Source: Patescibacteria group bacterium (lineage in GTDB: Bacteria > Patescibacteriota > Minisyncoccia > UBA6257 > GWB1-50-10). From it: a DNA stretch of 64,000 bases. Location of the stretch: contig JANBVK010000001.1 of the NCBI GenBank assembly GCA_024239035.1, forward strand, positions 235,010 to 299,009, read 5' to 3'. Positions 20,492 through 29,626 of the stretch are shown here, piece after piece (within the stretch, counting starts at the first letter, position 1; each line of letters starts with the position of its first letter). The notes beneath the pieces were generated by a model. The model did not search any database. It worked only from the letters and a program-made list of their open reading frames with translations, and was not told the origin of the DNA. Both the position numbers and the translations under genes were made by a program.

Positions 20492-20601
20492 CTGTCCACT
20501 CTCCTATTCATAAAGTCAAAGAGCTGAAAAATAAATAATAATGTAAATCCAATCTATGTCAAACTAGATCTGTGGACTGCAACCAATAACATATCACTAC
20601 C

Positions 20602-20637
20602 CTCCCCCTACAGAACGCATTCAGAACTCTGGATTGG
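20602..20637 (+). repeat. att-like direct repeat, copy 1
   Basis: ctccccctacagaacgcattcagaactctggattgg. Confidence 0.85.
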
Positions 20638-20742
20638 GTTGGTATTAGGAAAGGGCTGGGCGCTGTTAGAACTTGTTTAAGGTAAGGAAAAACTCCGAAG
20701 GGCTAAGCGGAGGGTTTGCCGACAATTACTATAAAAGACTGA

Positions 20743-21195
20743 TTAGAAAAACTTTGTTGCTTCCTTGAGAGATTTTACTGTTACCGTAGGATAACCTGTG
20801 GTTTCGTTTGGTAGTTCATTCGCAAATTTACCTCTCTGAATCCAAATAGTTTTGCAACCTTCCGCTATCGGAAATTGGAGCCTTCTCATTATGTCATCTA
20901 TAACTAAAATTTCTTCTGGCTTAAATTTAAAATTGCCGAATGCATTACGGAAAAGAGAATCTTTATCAGAGATATGAAAAAGCGCGAATCGAAAATATTT
21001 CCTAATGTCGTATTCGTCCATCTTCTCAAACCGTCCCTCAATGTCGTCATCAATTGCAAGAGATACTACTGCAAGGGGGTGTTTCTTGGAAGCGTATTCT
21101 AAAACCTCTTTAGTTTCGGGGAAAAGCCTCTCGTTTTCTTTGTCATAAATAGTACGCCCCCAATCGAAAATAATAGCTCTTATATTCTCTATCAT
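20743..21195 (-). CDS. HAD-superfamily hydrolase
   Basis: IIFDWGRT motif I, LVIDD motif IV. Confidence 0.8.
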   Translation of the reverse strand: MIENIRAIIFDWGRTIYDKENERLFPETKEVLEYASKKHPLAVVSLAIDDDIEGRFEKMDEYDIRKYFRFALFHISDKDSLFRNAFGNFKFKPEEILVIDDIMRRLQFPIAEGCKTIWIQRGKFANELPNETTGYPTVTVKSLKEATKFF

Positions 21196-21266
21196 TTTAA
21201 ATATACTAGCATTGCCTTCTGTAGAAAGAAAATGTTTTACCTACTCGTCTTAATCTCTTGTGCTAG

Positions 21267-21316
21267 CTCCCCCTACAGAACGCATTCAGCCTGCCCGACC
21301 AGGGAACCTTGGATTA
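21267..21316 (+). repeat. att-like direct repeat, copy 2 (interrupted by a 15-nt insert)
   Basis: ctccccctacagaacgcattcag[cctgcccgaccaggg]aaccttggatta. Confidence 0.8.
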
Positions 21317-21378
21317 GAATAAGATCAGGGAAGAAATAGCAAGTCTTAGAGTATCATTTAAAGTTACTCTTAGTTATA

Positions 21379-23169
21379 GTGAGGTTTGCAACTATGGTAA
21401 AAAATATTAAACAACTTAGCGGGTGGAGGATTATCTTTAAATATCTCCTCGAATACAAGCGAGAAATTGTTGCTCTCTCGGCTCTCGGGGTTATTTCTGC
21501 TCTTGCAAATGGCACTGTTCCATACATCGTGGGTAGTTTTTTTGATGCAATTCTTGATATGTCGAGCGTGTCATTTAGTACATCAATAATATTACCTTTA
21601 TGGGCAGTATTTTTAATACTCTGGAGTATCGCTCAGGCAGTAGCGAACGTGGTTGATTGGATTATCGGTAAGCAGAGTAGCAAGATAGGTACATTGCTCC
21701 ACGCCACATACCAGTCGAGAGCATTTAGTTACTTGCTCAAATTACCGCTCACCTTCCACGTTCACCATAAGTCGGGTGTGGTTTGGGATAAAATTTCACG
21801 GGCAAGCAATGCACTTTGGGGTATTGTCGAGAGAGTAATTATCACCATTGCACCACAACTTTTGAGCGTTATTGTAGGATTTACCATTGCCTTCTTTATA
21901 CATTCTGTGCTCGCTGTTATTTTGATAATAGGACTCTTACTTTATATCGGGACGTTGTTCAAAATCGTTCCCCCGCTTGTAAAACTCCAAAAAAAGGGAC
22001 ATAAAGCATGGAGTGAGGCATACGGGGATGCACACGATGCTCTTACAAATGTGCAGGCAGTCAAACAATCCACTGCTGAACTCTATGAAAACAAAAAAAT
22101 TAACCGTCGGTTTGTCAGTCAAGCCGCTCGCCTATGGTATAAGATAGAGCAAATCTGGGCTGGAATTAACTTCTACCAGCGAGTTGTAGTTGCGCTTACA
22201 CAACTTACTATATTTGTTCTCGCAGTTCACTTCATACAGGCCGGTGAGCTTACTATTGGGGGTCTCATTGCCCTAAACGGCTACGCAGCGATGATTTTGG
22301 GACCATTCGTGAGACTCGGTTATAACTGGCAGACAATACAAAACGGTGTTGTAGCAATTGAGCGAGCTGAGGAGTTACTCAAAACGCCTACAGAAAATTA
22401 CACGCCCAAGAACTTAATAAAACTTCAAGAATTACGTGGCGATGTAGAGTTCAAAAACGTTTCATTTACTTACAAGAATAACGAACCGGACGTGCTTAAT
22501 AATGTAAGTCTTAAAATTACACAAGGAAAAGTCATCGCTCTTGTGGGAGAGTCAGGTGTTGGTAAAAGCACGGTCGTAGATTTGATATCGGGGTATTATT
22601 TTCCAGACAAGGGCAAGGTGTTGGTTGATGGACACGACATTAAGAAGCTGGATTTAGAGTTTTTAAGAAAAAATATCGCTGTTGTTCCTCAGGAAATTGT
22701 GCTCTTTAACGATACTATCAAAACCAACATCAAGTATGGTAATTTTGGGGCAACCGATGAAGAAGTAGAAAAAGCGGCAAAGGCAGCACACGCAGATATT
22801 TTTATTGAAAAGTTCCCCAAAAAGTACAATCAGGTTGTAGGAGAACGAGGTATCAAGCTCTCAGTAGGACAAAAACAGCGTGTGGCAATTGCACGAGCGA
22901 TACTCAGAAACCCTAGAATCCTCATTCTTGATGAACCCACAAGCGCACTTGATGTAAAAACAGAACAGTTTATTGCAGAATCTCTTAAAACTCTTATGGA
23001 GGGAAAAACAACGTTTATCATCGCTCATCGTTTAAGCACGGTGAGGAATGCTGATAAAATAATTGTTTTTGATAAAGGGAAGGTAGTTGAGAAAGGTAGG
23101 CACGAAGAATTGATACAGAAGGATGGTGTATACCAACGTCTCTACAAACTCCATGTTGGGTTACGGTAA
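21379..23169 (+). CDS. ABC exporter, fused permease and ATPase (MsbA/MdlB-like)
   Basis: 6 TM; GESGVGKS, LSVGQKQR, ILDEPTSALD, IAHRLST; ATG at 21394 is an alternative start. Confidence 0.95.
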   Translation: MRFATMVKNIKQLSGWRIIFKYLLEYKREIVALSALGVISALANGTVPYIVGSFFDAILDMSSVSFSTSIILPLWAVFLILWSIAQAVANVVDWIIGKQSSKIGTLLHATYQSRAFSYLLKLPLTFHVHHKSGVVWDKISRASNALWGIVERVIITIAPQLLSVIVGFTIAFFIHSVLAVILIIGLLLYIGTLFKIVPPLVKLQKKGHKAWSEAYGDAHDALTNVQAVKQSTAELYENKKINRRFVSQAARLWYKIEQIWAGINFYQRVVVALTQLTIFVLAVHFIQAGELTIGGLIALNGYAAMILGPFVRLGYNWQTIQNGVVAIERAEELLKTPTENYTPKNLIKLQELRGDVEFKNVSFTYKNNEPDVLNNVSLKITQGKVIALVGESGVGKSTVVDLISGYYFPDKGKVLVDGHDIKKLDLEFLRKNIAVVPQEIVLFNDTIKTNIKYGNFGATDEEVEKAAKAAHADIFIEKFPKKYNQVVGERGIKLSVGQKQRVAIARAILRNPRILILDEPTSALDVKTEQFIAESLKTLMEGKTTFIIAHRLSTVRNADKIIVFDKGKVVEKGRHEELIQKDGVYQRLYKLHVGLR

Positions 23170-23178
23170 ACTTTTATA

Positions 23179-23330
23179 TCCTCGGTCAGGACTCAAACCG
23201 ATCGGCTCGAAACCTGCTTAAACGAATCAATTATCCATTGTCCTCACTTTGTCCACATATGTGGACAAAGTGAGGACACAGCAGATCTGCTTGAAAATCA
23301 AATCAAGTTAAGAAAAGACGCACAAGAAGA
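23179..23330 (+). repeat. Non-coding module (tRNA-end-like site plus 40-bp palindrome), homologous to 26862-27050
   Basis: caggactcaaaccgatcgg..gaaacct.cttaaac.aatcaat ... palindrome ... agatctgc.tgaaaa shared. Confidence 0.85.
23239..23278. repeat. Perfect 40-bp palindrome
   Basis: tgtcctcactttgtccacat|atgtggacaaagtgaggaca. Confidence 0.95.
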
Positions 23331-23341
23331 GTTAAATCTAT

Positions 23342-24073
23342 TTAGTTTCTAAAAAGAAGGGTAGCGCCAATGGCTGCACCGTTTTCTTGAAGGGCAGATT
23401 TTTTTGTTTTACATTTTACCCCTCGTTTTATTAGTTCGGTTTTTAATTTAACAAAGAGGTTTTTCTTCCCCTTTTTGATAACTCCACCGCCGAATATAAT
23501 GGTATCCGGTTTGTAATATTTTATAATCGGCAGTAAGTGTTGAGCGATAAAAATTGTAAGCCTTATCTTTTTTCCGCTTCTTATTTTTTGGTATTGTTTT
23601 TCCCACTTTTCAGGATATTCAAATCTTTTTATCTTTTTCACCCTCCCATTTTTTACGAAAGCTCTTCCAATGCCTGTGCCTAACGTAATTACTAAAAGAT
23701 TTTTTGATTTTTTTCCAGCGCCCAATAAATATTCTCCTTTAGCAAAAGCCCTGGCGTCGTTATCCACTTTTAGTTTTAAGGATCGCGGAAAAATGCCCGC
23801 GAGATCCATTTTTTTAAGATAGGGAATATTAGGACTAAAAACTATAGTGTTTTTATTAATTACTCCGGCAGAGCCCACGCCTATTTTTGATACTCGATGA
23901 CCTTTCTGTAAAAATTTATTGGTAATTTCGTGAAGGATTTTTATAAACTCGCTTTTGTTTAGCGGGGTTTTCTTCTCATAAGAGGCCTTAATCCTTTTGC
24001 CATCCCATAAGATAGCTCTTATTTTTGAGCCGCCAATATCAATACCTATAATATCGCTTTTATGCGTCCTCAT
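23342..24073 (-). CDS. ROK-family sugar kinase
   Basis: GIDIGGSK, VDNDA, TLGTGIG, GAAIGA; start taken at MRTHK. Confidence 0.88.
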   Translation of the reverse strand: MRTHKSDIIGIDIGGSKIRAILWDGKRIKASYEKKTPLNKSEFIKILHEITNKFLQKGHRVSKIGVGSAGVINKNTIVFSPNIPYLKKMDLAGIFPRSLKLKVDNDARAFAKGEYLLGAGKKSKNLLVITLGTGIGRAFVKNGRVKKIKRFEYPEKWEKQYQKIRSGKKIRLTIFIAQHLLPIIKYYKPDTIIFGGGVIKKGKKNLFVKLKTELIKRGVKCKTKKSALQENGAAIGATLLFRN

Positions 24074-24135
24074 CTTTTCTATTGTAACAAACGCAATAAT
24101 AGTATTTATCTCTATTTGCCACTGGGCGTGATACA

Positions 24136-25365
24136 ATGGAACATGTTAATATTCATGAAACTGTGAAAAAGCTCCTGGACGATAACATAAAAGACGCTGT
24201 TTTGAAACTCATGCTTAAAAATAGACGGCAGGCCGGGGAATATCAGTACACGCTCCCATCCACCGAGACGTACCCCTATCAGTGGCTATGGGATTCCTGT
24301 TTTCATGCCATTATTTTAAACCATTTCAGCGCGGACGATGCTCAAAAAGAGATTTTGTCATTTCTTTCTAAACAATTCGACAACGGCCTTATTCCTCATA
24401 TGATCTATTGGGAAAAAGCGGATGTTTTTAATATTAATTGGGGCACTGAAGGGACCAGCAGCATCACCCAGCCTCCGATGGTTGCCTATGCGGTGTGGCG
24501 AATCTTTCAAAAAAATGGAGATGAAAAGTTCCTAAGGAAGGTGTATCCGAATCTTTTTCATTTTTACAAATATTTAATCAATGAAAGAGATCCACATGAA
24601 CAAAATCTCGTTGGCATCATAACTCCAGACGAATCTGGTGAAGATAATTCACCTCGCTTTGACGAACCCCTTGGTCTTCCCCCCATCCATTCCAGAAAAA
24701 CGAACTTCAAAAGAAGGCTCAAATTAATCGATGAAAATAGGAAATGCAATTTTGATGCACCGTTCTGTATGAAAAACTTCTTCTGGGTAAAGGACGTTCC
24801 CTTTAATGCGATTATGGTGGAAAACTTAAAATGCCTCGCTCACATTGCTGAGCGACTCGGTCATGACTATGATGCCGAATACTTTGGCAAACAGCGGCAA
24901 GAAATCATTGACGCGATGCGTGAACTTATGTTCGAAGATGGCATATTCTGGACAACCTATGGCGAAGATTACAAAAAAATTAAAGTAAAAACATGGGCGC
25001 TCTTTGCGCCACTCTTTGCAAAAATCCCCACACAAGAAGAGGCTGAACTACTGGTGAATACGTATCTTCTCAATAAGGAAGAATTTTGGACAGAGTATCC
25101 CCTCCCCACTGTTTCTCTCGGAGAACCGTCATTTAATGCTGAAGGATATTGGCGTGGTCCCACATGGTTTGCTCCAAATTGGTTCATCTATAAGGGGCTT
25201 ATCCAGTATGGCTTCATGGATATAGCTTCCAAACTTAAAAATAGTTCTCTCAAACTTCTTAAGAAATCAGGTTTCCGTGAACAATTCAATCCCCAAACAG
25301 GAAAAGGTCTTGGGGCAAAAGAATTCACCTGGGGCGGACTGATCATTGATATGAATGACACATAA
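24136..25365 (+). CDS. GH63/MGH1-like (trehalase-like) glycoside hydrolase
   Basis: YPYQWLWDSCF, TQPP, ESGEDNSPRFD, YWRGPTW, FREQFNP. Confidence 0.88.
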   Translation: MEHVNIHETVKKLLDDNIKDAVLKLMLKNRRQAGEYQYTLPSTETYPYQWLWDSCFHAIILNHFSADDAQKEILSFLSKQFDNGLIPHMIYWEKADVFNINWGTEGTSSITQPPMVAYAVWRIFQKNGDEKFLRKVYPNLFHFYKYLINERDPHEQNLVGIITPDESGEDNSPRFDEPLGLPPIHSRKTNFKRRLKLIDENRKCNFDAPFCMKNFFWVKDVPFNAIMVENLKCLAHIAERLGHDYDAEYFGKQRQEIIDAMRELMFEDGIFWTTYGEDYKKIKVKTWALFAPLFAKIPTQEEAELLVNTYLLNKEEFWTEYPLPTVSLGEPSFNAEGYWRGPTWFAPNWFIYKGLIQYGFMDIASKLKNSSLKLLKKSGFREQFNPQTGKGLGAKEFTWGGLIIDMNDT

Positions 25366-25413
25366 TCTTTCGATGAATTGAAAAAAATGAAAGCCCGTGC
25401 CCACACCAGACCT

Positions 25414-25452
25414 TGGCTCCCCCTACAGAACGCGTTCAGAACTCTGGATTGG
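25414..25452 (+). repeat. att-like direct repeat, copy 3
   Basis: tggctccccctacagaacgcgttcagaactctggattgg. Confidence 0.85.
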
Positions 25453-25564
25453 GCTGTTATTAGGAAAGAATTGGCAGCGTCGCCTGCTTTTGTATAGAAA
25501 AAGACCGCCCGAAGGAGGTCTTCCTTTGAGCGGTTTGTTGTTTTCATGGGATAGAGCGTAGACG

Positions 25565-26122
25565 TCAATTTGCCTTTAGCGATTTCCCATACGCTGCGAT
25601 TACGATGATGAAACTGAAGGCTTGTTGGAGTGCCAGAAGTGGATATTCCTGCATCCACATCAGAGTTCCTGCAGACCCGTTCATTAGTAGATACCAAGGC
25701 CACCCCGTTGGATTCTTTCTAGCAAGAAGATATGTCCCGACGAGAAATCCAATCGCAACACCAAGCTCCAACGCCTGAGTGAGCGTCACAAGTCCACCAA
25801 AGACGTACAAGCTAACACCAATTCCAACGAACGTCATTACTATTGCGAAAGTATTGAGCCACTCTGGTTCCTTACCACTACCACGAAGGGCAATAATTAG
25901 CCCGAGAACCATTGATGGCGCACCTCCGCCCTCGACAAAGATGAGAATCAAATCACTTTCAATGAAAAAGATTACCATCCACATTGGAAGACCGATAAGA
26001 TATGCTATCCATCCAGAGATTCTCCAGCGACGCCCACAAACTGACTCATCTCCCTCTGCAATGAGGAGGAAGACTTTTTGCAGAAGATAGCCGAGACCAG
26101 CAAATGCTTCGACGACTCCCAT
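25565..26122 (-). CDS. Membrane protein, PnuC-like (tentative)
   Basis: Two related hydrophobic halves, YLLARKNPTGWPW; AGGAGGT upstream; TTGACG-N16-TATAAT promoter at 26165-26192. Confidence 0.6.
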   Translation of the reverse strand: MGVVEAFAGLGYLLQKVFLLIAEGDESVCGRRWRISGWIAYLIGLPMWMVIFFIESDLILIFVEGGGAPSMVLGLIIALRGSGKEPEWLNTFAIVMTFVGIGVSLYVFGGLVTLTQALELGVAIGFLVGTYLLARKNPTGWPWYLLMNGSAGTLMWMQEYPLLALQQAFSFIIVIAAYGKSLKAN

Positions 26123-26199
26123 TGCAACCTCCTCTCAAGTGTTCTGTTAAAATATCTAGTAGAGATTATATCAGATATTTAGAATACGTCAAGTAATAG

Positions 26200-26235
26200 C
26201 TCCCCCTACAGGACGCGTTCAGAACTCTTGATTGG
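26200..26235 (+). repeat. att-like direct repeat, copy 4
   Basis: ctccccctacaggacgcgttcagaactcttgattgg. Confidence 0.85.
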
Positions 26236-26335
26236 ATTGGGATTAGGAGAGATTTAGAAACTATAGTTGGTTTTATAAAAATGGAAAAGGCGGGTGCAGT
26301 TTGTCACTGACCCGCCCTCTCTGCTGTATTCGCTA

Positions 26336-26776
26336 TTAGAAAATGAACCTAATAGACCGTTCCTCAATGATGCGTATCTGGATGGTCTCTATGGGCTCAT
26401 TAAGCCGAAGCGCTTTACCTACGACGGCTCGCATGAAACAGTGGCCCTCCGAGCTTCCGGTGATCTCCATAGTAGATTCGAGCCACCCGTCGAGTCCTTC
26501 ACGTTCGCCCCTGCGAAGTAGCGGTCGTAATGTCTGCAGCAGCTCCCCACCAGTTTCCTCGCGCCTCTTTGATTCCTCATTGATACACAGAAGGCACGCG
26601 GACAAGCCATCTTCGAAGCCGATGTGAGGCCTCTGGTGTTTCTCGCAGTAGAGACCTGACTTGATCGCACAAGGGACACAGCTAGTGAGCTTATCGTTCC
26701 CGCGTGCTTTAGGGAGAAGCACGATTACTTCAGGATCTTTACCGCAGATCTCGCATCCCGCTAGTGTCTCAGACAT
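26336..26776 (-). CDS. Hypothetical Cys-rich (putative Zn-binding) protein
   Basis: CEIC, CVPC, CEKH, CLLC; start taken at MSETL. Confidence 0.7.
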   Translation of the reverse strand: MSETLAGCEICGKDPEVIVLLPKARGNDKLTSCVPCAIKSGLYCEKHQRPHIGFEDGLSACLLCINEESKRREETGGELLQTLRPLLRRGEREGLDGWLESTMEITGSSEGHCFMRAVVGKALRLNEPIETIQIRIIEERSIRFIF

Positions 26777-26861
26777 ATAGGTTAATCCTTTTCCGATAGT
26801 TGGTAAAATATTCAAAGAGCAAAAACAAGATACTACACTACATGGTAGTCCGTCAATACCT

Positions 26862-27050
26862 AGCTCCGCGAGCAGGACTCAAACCGATCGGCCTGAAACC
26901 TACTTAAACAAATCAATCACTGCTGATTCTAACTGTCCTCACTTTGTCCACATACGTGGATAAAGTGAGGACACGGTAGATCTGCCTGAAAACCGAAAAA
27001 TTAATTTAAAACTGTAACCGGGTGGCCGGTAAAGAGCGGAGTATTTACGA
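26862..27050 (+). repeat. Degenerate tRNA-3'-end-like site plus palindrome module
   Basis: Reverse complement GGTTTGAGTCCTGCTCGCGGAGC resembles a T-arm/acceptor end; palindrome at 26934-26973. Confidence 0.75.
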
Positions 27051-27337
27051 CGTCGCCCAAATTGCACGGCTCGCCCACGTAGAGAGCAAATTCCACTTCC
27101 CTGCCCAATAAATCACTAGACACTGCAGTGCCGCTCAAAGAAGAAAAGTGCGTTTCGTACTGCCAGCTGCTTATTTTTTCTTAGCGAGGAACAAGCTTAG
27201 AAAAACAAGTATCCCGAGCGAGTCTCAAACGAATGTGAGAGACGACGAGGGACTACCAAATATTGATTCGGAAAGAAACTAACGAAAAATGAGCCAGTCG
27301 ATTGGCTTATTTTTCGGATTAAATAATACACAACAAT

Positions 27338-27360
27338 TTCGAATCCCAGCCCGGCAGCCA
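27338..27360 (+). other. Isolated tRNA 3' fragment (Gln-like), probable att scar
   Basis: TTCGAATCCCAGCCCGGCAGCCA with no 5' half upstream. Confidence 0.7.
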
Positions 27361-27441
27361 GTTAGTGGGAGGTTCAAGTGACCTGATTGGTTCACAAATC
27401 TCACTAATTTCTATTATTCATAAATTTGTTAAAATAAGACT

Positions 27442-27567
27442 ACGAATACAGTTGAGAAAAAAGTATGGTCAGAATATTTTCAACAAATTCTTGATGTTAA
27501 AAGGACTTTTGAACTTAGACTGAACAATTTTGAAATTAATGAAGGCGGTAAAGCCGCAACGTGTTAA
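27442..27567 (+). pseudogene. Truncated DUF3850/ASCH-like gene fragment
   Basis: VEKKVWSEYFQQILDVKRTFELRLNNFEINEG then early stop; ACG in place of a start codon. Confidence 0.7.
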
Positions 27568-27598
27568 AGAGGTGGAAGATGACTCAACCTAATTCGTT

Positions 27599-29320
27599 AT
27601 GCCTAATGATAAACAAGAAACAACTAGCGAAATTAAACTAATCGGCACGATGCCGACTTATAGGGACTTATTTCCTGAACAAGGAGCTGTTGGAGAAAAA
27701 TTTGTAATAAGGATTTTACAAAACCTCTATCAGAGAGATTGTTTATTGATTTTGTATCAACTTTCTAAACATTATTACAAATATTGCCAGAAAGGTTGCG
27801 GAGGGAAAAATAGTCTAGATATTTACAAACAGAGATGTTTTGAACTGGTAAGTTCAGAAATACAGGAAAAAATAAAAAAGAAAAACCCAATGCCACCTAG
27901 GGACTATATGATCATTTTTCCTGAGCCATCAATAGTCCATTTAGTTAAGCTTTGTTTGCGATATTGCGACAACGCAGACTACACAAAAAATGGCGTAGAG
28001 TTCTCACAAGAAACTCTACACAATATCGGCAAGAGTTTACTTGTAGTTAATTCTATCTTCGCAGATTGGCAGTTAAAAAATACCAGCGAAAAAACTCGAA
28101 TGACCCTTGATTTATTGGCTAATCTTACAAAACAGCAAATTGTAGATAAAAACTTTGAGATGTCTCAGAAGATGTATCAGAACTACTTTATCTTTAAAAA
28201 ACTATTAAATAACTACAATGCCAAGTTTGATCTTCAAAGTCTTTTTCAGGAAAAGTTTGGTGTCGAGGTGCAGGAGTATTTCGCTTTCCTAGCGGTGCTT
28301 CAGGGGCAATACGATATTAAAGATATACTAGATGAAGATTGGGCGTTGCCATTCTTAGACTTCGACATTGCGTTAAAGAATTTAAAATCAAAATATAAAC
28401 ATAAACTTTTAGATAGCCTCCTAATTAATAATATGAACTATAAAAATCTTAGCATGAGCTTTTTTGATGTGACCGATGTCATAAAAAGGCCACTTGTGAA
28501 GTTACCAGATAATAAAATAATACCCCTGAGTTTACGTCGACTTTTTAACCGGCTCTCAACCTCTGTTTATTTTGATTTACTAGACTCTCTAACCAATAAA
28601 AAAGAAAAAGATAAATTTTCTCAGTATTTTGGATATGCTGTGGAAGACTATTTTCGAGATTTAATTCGTTCTATAGATAGTAGCGTCTTGTTTCCGCGCT
28701 ACGGTAAAGCCGATGAACAAGAAGCAAATGATGCAGTTTTGGTTCAAAAGGATGCAGTTATATTTTTTGAATGCAAAAAACGCCCATTTCATAACCTCGA
28801 ATTTCTTCAAAAGGGCAACGGCGACTATTACCTGGATAGACTTAGAGAGTCTTACTTCAAACCACTAGATCAGATTTGTGAAAGAATTAAAGATTTTAGA
28901 GATGGTAAGTTCTCTGTCGAAGGTGTTGGGAACGATGCACTTGTATATCCGGTGGTTGTATCTCCTGCAACTCCACCACTTTTTTCTGGAGCTTGGGACA
29001 AGTTTAATTTGAATCAATATGTTTTGCCTAAATATTACAATGAGGATAAGAGCATAGCCCCACCAGAGTTTATTGATTTTTCAGAGTTAGAACATATAGA
29101 GGAAGTCCTTAAAAGACAGCAAGATATTGATATTGTCGACCTGATAAAAAGGAAACGGGCTGATACAACGTATCACAGCGCTAATTTTTTGGTGTTTCTC
29201 CATAAAAACCATATGGTCTTTCACAATAAGAGATTATTGGAAAAGTATTTGAGCGAAGTTAAAAGCTTCAAAGAACTTCTTTTTAAAGATAGTGAGAAAA
29301 GGTCGATAGGTGGAAAGTGA
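27599..29320 (+). CDS. Hypothetical protein with C-terminal PD-(D/E)xK/NERD-like nuclease motif
   Basis: 573 aa, AT-rich; GYAVEDY...EANDAVLV...IFFECK. Confidence 0.65.
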   Translation: MPNDKQETTSEIKLIGTMPTYRDLFPEQGAVGEKFVIRILQNLYQRDCLLILYQLSKHYYKYCQKGCGGKNSLDIYKQRCFELVSSEIQEKIKKKNPMPPRDYMIIFPEPSIVHLVKLCLRYCDNADYTKNGVEFSQETLHNIGKSLLVVNSIFADWQLKNTSEKTRMTLDLLANLTKQQIVDKNFEMSQKMYQNYFIFKKLLNNYNAKFDLQSLFQEKFGVEVQEYFAFLAVLQGQYDIKDILDEDWALPFLDFDIALKNLKSKYKHKLLDSLLINNMNYKNLSMSFFDVTDVIKRPLVKLPDNKIIPLSLRRLFNRLSTSVYFDLLDSLTNKKEKDKFSQYFGYAVEDYFRDLIRSIDSSVLFPRYGKADEQEANDAVLVQKDAVIFFECKKRPFHNLEFLQKGNGDYYLDRLRESYFKPLDQICERIKDFRDGKFSVEGVGNDALVYPVVVSPATPPLFSGAWDKFNLNQYVLPKYYNEDKSIAPPEFIDFSELEHIEEVLKRQQDIDIVDLIKRKRADTTYHSANFLVFLHKNHMVFHNKRLLEKYLSEVKSFKELLFKDSEKRSIGGK

Positions 29321-29450
29321 TAAGGGGGTGTGTCTCATTTGTCTCATTTACCATATAACACCCCTGACCCGAGTGGGTTGATTCTCGTGCTATAATAGCT
29401 TCAAAGAACCCCCTAAACACCCCCATTAAAACAAATCACCTTTATTTTCA

Positions 29451-29626
29451 TGTCCTCAATATGTCCACGTATGTGGATAAATTGAGGACAAATGAAATCC
29501 GCTCTGATAATCAATGTCTCCTACTCAACAAATTATCAATTGGAAACGGTAACTGGGTAGCCGGTAAAAAGCGGAGAATTTACTGCAAACGAAAAATGAG
29601 CCAGTCAATTGGCTCATTTTTCGGAT
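29451..29626 (+). repeat. Third copy of the palindrome module
   Basis: Palindrome 29451-29490; gtaac.gggt.gccggtaaa.agcggag and aacgaaaaatgagccagtc.attggct.atttttcggatt shared with 27013-27320. Confidence 0.8.

Noticed and set aside
20602-26235. 36-bp repeats as a CRISPR array
   Set aside because: Spacing is 0.7-4 kb with whole genes between copies; no cas genes
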